Translations under genes and position numbers: made by a program
Part shown: positions 55,915 through 64,000 of the stretch, one piece after another
Numbering within the stretch: the first letter of the stretch is position 1
How the letters are laid out: every line of letters starts with the position of its first letter
Assembly (NCBI GenBank): GCA_951406725.2
Contig: OX597832.1
Span: forward strand, 31,372,001 to 31,436,000
Direction: 5' to 3'
Length of the DNA stretch: 64,000 bases
Source: Octopus vulgaris
Taxonomy: Eukaryota
Notes under the pieces: model-generated
What the model was told of the DNA's origin: nothing
What the model saw: the letters and a program-made list of their open reading frames with translations, nothing else
Database searches by the model: none

Positions 55915-56403
55915 ATGGAGAAGAACAGGGGCGAAATAACGACGAGGATGGCCACTCTCACCGAGCAATGGGGCGAGAGGAAGCCATCCCTAAAAAGGTC
56001 TGCTGGAGTTGGCGAACGCGTACATCGCGTCCGTCATCGAGTACTGTCTGACCGTCGTGCCTTGTCCCGACCCTACCATCACCAAACTGGAACACACACT
56101 CTTCCGCTTCTTGTGGAAGGGAAGCGTCCCGATGGTTAGGCGATCCATTTGCTGTCAACACCCGCTAAATGGAGGGCTGGTCATGCCGTGGTTGATGATG
56201 CCGGAGCTTCATAGACGACGGTGAACAGGTGTGGTCGCCGTTTGTGCGGTGCGCTTTCCCGCAGCTCGTCTCATTGGCCGAAGTGCAGTCGTGGATCAAA
56301 CAGAGACCGAGGCTAGGCGAATGGGGCCGCGAGTGTCGCGTTGCTCTCAAGCGACTCTGCCGTCCGGGATCAAACTTGTGCAGCTTCTTTACAACAAAGG
56401 CGT

Positions 56404-56408
<5 letters not shown>
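55915..56408 (+). mobile_element. Tx1/L1-clade LINE ORF2 internal fragment (RT C-terminus)
   Basis: WGERKPSL, ANAYIASVIEYCLTVVPCP and LFRFLWKGSVPMVRRSICCQHPLNGGL match the L1/Tx1 FxW...GGL motif. Confidence 0.8.
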
Positions 56409-56483
<75 letters not shown>

Positions 56484-56511
56484 GCTATCTTTTTGTCTGT
56501 CTGTCTGTCTA

Positions 56512-56638
<127 letters not shown>

Positions 56639-57384
56639 GTTATATAAGTACTTCAATAATTAATCAATCCATTGATTACTTAACTAACTTTCTGGCTGTT
56701 AGATCGTATTCTTTGTCCATCGATTAAATGATAAATTGATTGATTATTGACTCATTGATTGAGCGATCGATTGATTGTTGATTAATTGACCTATCGAGCA
56801 GTTGATAGATTGTTCGATAGTTGTTTTATAGATCCATTTATTCGTTGTATAATTGGTTTTGGTATTGTTTTGGTATATCAATCAATCAGATTGATATTTA
56901 AACAAAGTGATCGATTGATTCACTGGAATTTAGATCGACTGATATTTATATAGATTGATTTAACGATCGATCGAGTGATTGGTAGGTATTATTATTCTTT
57001 ACCTTCTCTCTTGAAGTCAGTCGAACTGGGCTGCTTTAACGGATCCAACATGCGTCTGTTCAAACAATTAAACACACATACATAAAAAAATCAAACATTA
57101 ACCGAAATAAAAAAAATCGATATATTTATATAGAATTAAGTAATCCATCGAACTGTTCATCAATCAATCAATCAGTCAATCGATGATGAACCAATTACTC
57201 GATCGACGAAATAAATTATCAATCAAAAAGAATCAAACAGCTTATCAACCAATCAAACCAACGAATCAAATCAATCAATCAATTATTTAATTATTACTCA
57301 ATTTTTTATTGATAAATTATTGCAGTGTCAGAAAATGTAGACAGTCAAAGTATTTATAGAATTTAGTTTCCCTTCATTGAGAGT

Positions 57385-57510
57385 TCAGAGATTCGGTTAC
57401 TATGGCCACGTGATTAGAATGTCACCGGAAAGAATCGCAAAACGGATTCTTCAAGGCGAGCCGACTGCTGAAGACCGAGGGTAGAACAAGAATGAGATGT
57501 TTGGGTAATG
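57385..57510 (+). mobile_element. RTE-clade LINE 3' fragment
   Basis: YGHVIRMSPERIAKRILQGEP...RPRGRTRMRC. Confidence 0.65.
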
Positions 57511-58285
57511 AGATGGAGGTGCCTAAGGACCTTACCCCACAATGGTGGGTGGAGAAGATGGATGGATAGATAGATGGATAGTTTTAAATCTTTAGTTCAA
57601 ATCTATCCTCTGTACCCTTCAGATAAATCAATATTTATCAAGTGATAAATTCATAGACCGATCGGTCGAGGGATGATATCTTGATCAAAACATATCTATA
57701 TTTAACACATACACATGCACAGCCGCGCATACATCCGTCCGTAAACATCATCTACACACAGAAATCAACACGTCATACAGAAATTTAATGTCCAAACGCT
57801 TGCTTTCAATCAAACAATGAGAGACAAAATACCGCTGTGCATCTCACTATAATGTTTCAAGCACTAACTACAAGTGGCAGCCACGTTCTGGTTGAATAAA
57901 AGATGGATGCTAAAGAGAGAGAATAAGGTCGGGCTATAAACAGCAACACTTCGTCCTGCCAACCTATTGGTCTATCGATAAACAGTTAACATAGATGTAT
58001 CTTTGCTAATATATTCCAGTCTTTAGATTGTATGGAACGCTATAATTTTTGTTCAAATGACACGATATATATACAAACACACATATAAGATAAGACAAGC
58101 TTCCGCATATTTTACCTTCACCAAATTCAATTCGCAAGATATCGATCAGCGCAAGGCTTTACAACGAACGTACATTCACTTATCTATACAGCTGCTATCT
58201 ATCTTTATCCATCCATCCATACATACATACAAACATACACACATGTTTATGTGTGTGTGTGTGTGTGTATACATACATACATACA

Positions 58286-58410
<125 letters not shown>

Positions 58411-58756
58411 GTTCATAGATTCGGATTCCTATCTATCTGTATATCTATCTACATACGTATTTGATCAAATATCTAAATGTTTTATATGCAAATATCGATT
58501 ACCCGTTTCTCTTTCTCCCTCACACACGCATAGATTCACACACACACACACACACTCACACACACGCAAATACACACTGATGTATGCCTGCATCAGCCCT
58601 GTGTATATATACATGCTTTTCACCAATGTCCAAACACAGGAAGATCTTTACAGCATAACACCAATCCATGCTCACTTCAGTTGTTCCGATGAAGACATTT
58701 GCCGTTTCTTCTGAGTATGCAACTCAGTGAAGCGTGAGGGTTCCTGCAACATCATC

Positions 58757-58789
<33 letters not shown>

Positions 58790-59171
58790 ACACACTGATA
58801 GCTTCCGGTACATACGCCATTGAACGTCGCCAAAGAATCTTCGCTGCCATTTTGCTTTTTATGTATGTATATATATAACGAGTAAAGGGTATATGTATAT
58901 ATATGTATATATAAATGTGTGTGTATATATATATAAATATATATATATATAAATACATATATGCATATATATATATATGCATGTACATACATAAAGATAC
59001 ATGAATGTTCATATATATATATATATATATATATATAGATACATGAATGTTCATATGCTTTTATACATACATACATATGTATATGTGTATGAGGGTATAT
59101 CGGTGGCGAATGCATGTTTGTTTTAGAGCTATATATATACCTACCGTCCTGTGATAAGGTATGCTGATATG

Positions 59172-59234
<63 letters not shown>

Positions 59235-59563
59235 GTAGATAGATATATGTGTATGCATATACAAACACACACACATATAAACAAAGCTGGCGCGTGTTTG
59301 TGCTTGTGTACGGGTGTGCCTGCGCGTGTTTGCTTATACACGTATGATATGATTAATAAGTATGTATAAATGTGTATGTATACGCAGATATTTATATATA
59401 TGAATGTATATATATATATATCAAAATAAGCAACAAGGATATCCTTGCTGCTTATTTTGATTATAATCCCCTTATTTTAAATTATATGGATTATAACCAT
59501 ACTAAATCCTGGCGCCTTCAACTTAAGTACCATATTCATCTGAATCTAAATTTTTACTGAACT

Positions 59564-59680
<117 letters not shown>

Positions 59681-59696
59681 GTATATATATATAATT

Positions 59697-59918
59697 ATAA
59701 TTGTAATTAAGGGCATAAATAAAAAATTTCTGCTCTATATGATAAAAGTAGACGCTAAATCGTTTCACCACTTTAAAAATCACTAAATTGCTGCGGGTTT
59801 GCTCCCTCGATTTCAACACGTGGGTAATTTTTGTGGTTTATAAAGTGGTGAAACAATTTTGTTTCTACTTTCACCATATAGGCCACAAATGTTTTCTATG
59901 CCCTTAATTATAAGTTTA
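59697..59918. repeat. about 220-bp foldback with about 95-bp arms within (TA)n
   Basis: taattaagggcata...gtttcaccacttta versus taaagtggtgaaac...tatgcccttaatta. Confidence 0.8.
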
Positions 59919-60016
59919 TATATGAATTCATCTTAACCTTATTTTTTATATGTTGGCGACTGATAAAATTAAAAAAAAAATTCTTTATTTTATATATATG
60001 TATCTTTGCGTATATA

Positions 60017-60433
60017 TCTTTTATCTTTTACTTGTGTCATTTATCAGACCGCGGCCAAGCTGGGGCACCACCTTGAAGATGTTTGAGTTGAATGAATCGA
60101 TCCTAGTATTTATTTATTAAGTCTGGTATTCTATCGGTCTCTTTTGCCGAACCGCTAAGTTAAGTGGATGTAAATACATCAACACCGGTTGTGAAGTGAT
60201 GGTGGAGAACAGATGCAGACACGAATACAAACACACACACACACACACACATTCACGCACACAGATGTATACGACAGGCCTCTTTCAGTTTCCGTCTACA
60301 AAATCCACTCATGAGATTTTGGTCGGCCTGTGGTTATAACAGAAGAAACTTGCTCAAGGCACCATGGAATAAGATTGAACTTGGAACCGTGGAGTTTACA
60401 ATGAATCTTCTTACCACACGGCCAGGACTGCGC
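60017..60433 (-). mobile_element. family A SINE
   Basis: ttctatcggtctcttttgccgaaccgctaagtt and tttcagtttccgtctac are colinear with 1501-1910. Confidence 0.85.
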
Positions 60434-60444
60434 TTAATTCATGG

Positions 60445-60915
60445 GTTGGTCCCTGTGGGTAAGAAGGTTAGTTCCCAACCACGTGGTTTCAGGTTCTGTC
60501 CCGTTGCAAGGCACCTTGGGCAAGTGTTTTCTACTATTGCCCTTCGCCGATCAAAGACATGTGAGTGGATTTGGTAGACGGAAACCGAAAGAAGCCTGTA
60601 GAGCGCGCGCACACCCAAACAGATGTATATGTATGCATGTATGTGCGTGTATGTGTGTGTGTGTGTGTGTATGTATGAATCTGTGTGTGTGTGTCTGTGT
60701 TTTTGTTACTCCGTCCTCCACCACCGCTTCTCGACGGGTGTTGATGCATTTACTTCCTTGTAACTTAGCGGTTTTGCAAAAGAAACGATAAAATAATTAA
60801 GTATCAGGCCTAAGAAGACAAAAAGGTGTTCTAGGGTCGATCTGTTCGTCTGAAATTCTTAAAGGCGATGCCCCAGCATGGCCACAGTTTAATACCAGAA
60901 ACAAGTAAAAGATAA
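60445..60915 (+). mobile_element. family A SINE, head-to-head with the previous copy
   Basis: gcaccttgggcaagtg...gtgagtggatttggtagacggaaac...cccagcatggcc...aacaagtaaaaga. Confidence 0.85.
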
Positions 60916-61938
60916 ACGATAAGACATCCGTAGATGCAGACGACGACGAAGACGACGACGACGACGATGATGATGATGGTGATGATGATGATGGTGATGA
61001 TGATGATGGTGATGATGCTGATGATGATGATTTCCTGATGATGTCAGATGATGAGTCCTTTCACAGAAACGACGGTGAGACATCTGCAGGTCATTGGCGT
61101 GGAGCGACGAAAGCTTGTTCAGCCGCTCCTGCCTCGCTCTCGGTCGCCCACAGCAGGTCCCAGTCGCAAGTATTGCAAGATGGCTGCTGCTATTTTCGCT
61201 GCCAAATTTTATGCCAGAGTTTCCTTCTTCTACAAGACCCAACTTCCCCCACGGTTTGTCAACAACAACAGGAGCCTTTTCTGTCTTCGGGAAATATGGT
61301 TAGACCCACAGATGGGAATCCGATGGGTTTACCGATTCTGAGTCTGAACAGATCTGGGAATGATGGTAATTAAGAGGTGATACGATCCTCTGCTCAACTC
61401 CAGAAACGCCCAAACTGGAGCATCGCCACAGGATGCAGTTTAAGGCCAGGGCGCATACACACATACACACATATATGCATTCACTGATACACACACAAAC
61501 AAACACACACACAAACACACATATAATCATATCTAGAAGCTAGTGTGTTTGTGTGCTTTTCATTTATTGCGTGCGTATATATTTGCTTTTGTTTGTTTGT
61601 GTGTATGTGTGTGTGTATGTGTGTGTGTGTGTGTGTGTGTATGTGTGTGTGTATGTGCGTGCGTGTGTGTGTGTGCGTGCGTGTGTGTGTGTGCATCGTA
61701 AGTCTTCCATTGTGGAATCCAAAGAAGCAGACGATATTGAAAGTCCCGCTGTTCATTCTTCATTTGAAATGCGGTTCTTCAAATCCTTTGTTATCTCTCT
61801 CCCTTCTCCCCCTCGTCCCCTCTCTCTCCCTCCCTTCTGATCTCTCTAACTTCTCACTTATCGTCTCCAATGGGATCCCTTCCTGTCTGTCCTCCTCTTC
61901 TGTTCTGCTATTCCTTCCTTTCTTTCTTTCGCCTTCTT

Positions 61939-61974
<36 letters not shown>

Positions 61975-62331
61975 GATCCCTTCTCTCTCTCTCTCTGTTT
62001 CTCTCTAAGCTAAAAATTAATATCACGAACCAATTCCATGGTTTTGCTTTGAAGAAACCGTTTCTCTCCAGTCTTCCTCCACCGTCTCCCATTCTCCCCT
62101 TCCCCTCCCTCTCTCTCTGTAAACCTATTCAACCGGAATCTCTTGTGTCTCAACTGATCGATATGGAATGGTAAACCAGTCAGACCAGAATCTCGACACA
62201 ATAAGAATCTCTTCTGTTTGGATAACTTGACCTGACCTCGCAATCTCACCATTACCCTCAATGCTCAAACATTACCCCAACACTTCTCTCTCTCTCTCCA
62301 CGTGCTTCCTTATCTCTCTACCCACCCACTG

Positions 62332-62398
<67 letters not shown>

Positions 62399-62585
62399 CT
62401 CCCTCTCTCTCTCCCTCTCTCTCTCTCTCTTTCTATCTATCTATCTATCTATCTAGCTAGCTAGCTATTATCTGTCTGTGAATCTATTTATCCGTCTATC
62501 CATCCATCCATCCGTCCATCCATCCGTCCGTCCGTCCGTCCGTCCGTCCGTCCGTTCGTCCGTCCGTCTGTCTGTCTGTCTATTA

Positions 62586-62618
<33 letters not shown>

Positions 62619-62787
62619 CACCTACCTGTCATTTTACTCGCTTGTTTGTCTGTTTGTCTATTTGTCTGCCTGTCTCGTCGCCTTTCTTCTAGTTTTCCTG
62701 TTTTCCTAAATTTTTCGGTAGATAGGTAGGTAGGCGGGTAGGAGGGTGTGGGGTTATATAAATAGATAAGGAAACACATGGAAACGA

Positions 62788-62829
<42 letters not shown>

Positions 62830-62998
62830 GGGAGAGGAAGCATTGTGTAAGCAATGTGGAATGAGAGTAGCAACTTGCCTATTCGCCCCATCACTCTCTT
62901 ACTCTCTTTTATGCAACCGCTAAGTCGCTCGTACTTCAAGAAATCAGCATCGGTTTTCAAGCGGTGGAATGCAAAACTCAATCGCCAAGATGCATGCA

Positions 62999-63048
<50 letters not shown>

Positions 63049-63164
63049 AGCACGCACGCACACGCCACACACATGTACCCACTTCCTGTTTTACTCTTAT
63101 TTATGTATGGCGTATATATGAGTCTCTGACCTGTGGTATTTTACGATATACGCCTGCAGTATAT

Positions 63165-63595
63165 CCTGTTTCAAGGAAGGAGGCGCGGCAATATTCACGA
63201 TAGACTCAGCTGATAATCCGACTCGTCCCACACGCAATAGCGGTCGTTCGACATAGGCCCACAGGTCGGAAATGGTTGGACACTGTAGCGAGTGCGTGCA
63301 GAACGGTTTCGTAGCTCTGACCGCATTTCGGGCAAGTTGGCTCCGCGTTTCTCGAGCCATACCTGTAGAGCTTATCCCAAACGGGTAGCGCTTCTCGGTA
63401 GCACTGCCAGGCCAGAGATCTCTGGAAGTTGTCCATAAGTCCCGGCCCAAAAGTTGTCTCGACCAGGTGGGTCAGGTATTCCTTGTCGACGCCCAAGTTC
63501 GCCCCGAGATCGTCATCGTGCCTCCCCTCCACTAATCCCCTATAGAATGCTTTGGTTGTGTTGAAGTCACTGAAGTTCGACCCGGGACGAGACAG
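63165..63595 (-). mobile_element. Tx1/L1-clade LINE ORF2 fragment containing the C-terminal zinc finger (zf-RVT-like)
   Basis: FQRSLAWQCYREALPVWDKL...PTCPKCGQSYETVLHAL, then (frameshifted) QCPTISDLWAYVE: a CxxC...H...C motif. Confidence 0.85.
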
Positions 63596-64000
63596 ATAGA
63601 TAGGTAGATAGATTGATAGATAGAGTGACAGACAGAGAGATAGATATATAGATAAATAGATAGATACATAGAGAGAGAGAGAGAGATAGAAAGGTAGATA
63701 GATAAATAGATATATAGATAGATAGAAAAATAGATAGAGAGATAGATTAATAGATTAATAGATAGATAGAGATATAAATATAGATAGATATATATATATA
63801 GATAGATAGATAGAGAGAGAGATAGAAAGATAGATAGAAAGGGAGATAAATAGATAGATAGATAGAGAGATAGAGAGATTGATAGAAAGGGATATATATA
63901 TATATATATATATATAGATAGATAGATAGAAAGATAGATAGAAAGGGAGATAGAAAGGGAGATAGAGAGATAGAAAGAGAGATAGATAAATAGATAAATA

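Noticed and set aside
61030-61080. CTGATGA...GAAAC hammerhead candidate
   Set aside because: It arises from the (GAT)n repeat, and no pairing stems I or II are found.

Overview
Eukaryotic, AT-rich, non-coding DNA with very dense microsatellites ((AT)n, (AC)n, (ATAC)n, (ATCT)n, (AAT)n, (AG)n). The repeat families look like those of an octopodid cephalopod (Octopus sp.); this is recalled, not verified by a search. I see no supportable intact host protein-coding gene, and nearly all listed ORFs are translations of microsatellites. The window is a graveyard of mobile elements: several tRNA-derived SINE families (CORE-type, Meta/MESC-type and an abundant family called A here), one full-length but dead mariner, a composite and internally inverted mariner, mariner MITEs, a Chapaev3-like transposase remnant, and fragments of RTE, Tx1/L1, CR1-like and R4/Dong LINEs. 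The most interesting signal is a tRNA-headed retroposon with a Penelope-type minimal hammerhead ribozyme fold, present in 3 copies. One copy is inserted with a perfect 13-bp target-site duplication inside another SINE. Several other degenerate hammerhead-like motifs and long palindromes sit inside (TA)n tracts. Coordinates of degenerate elements are approximate.
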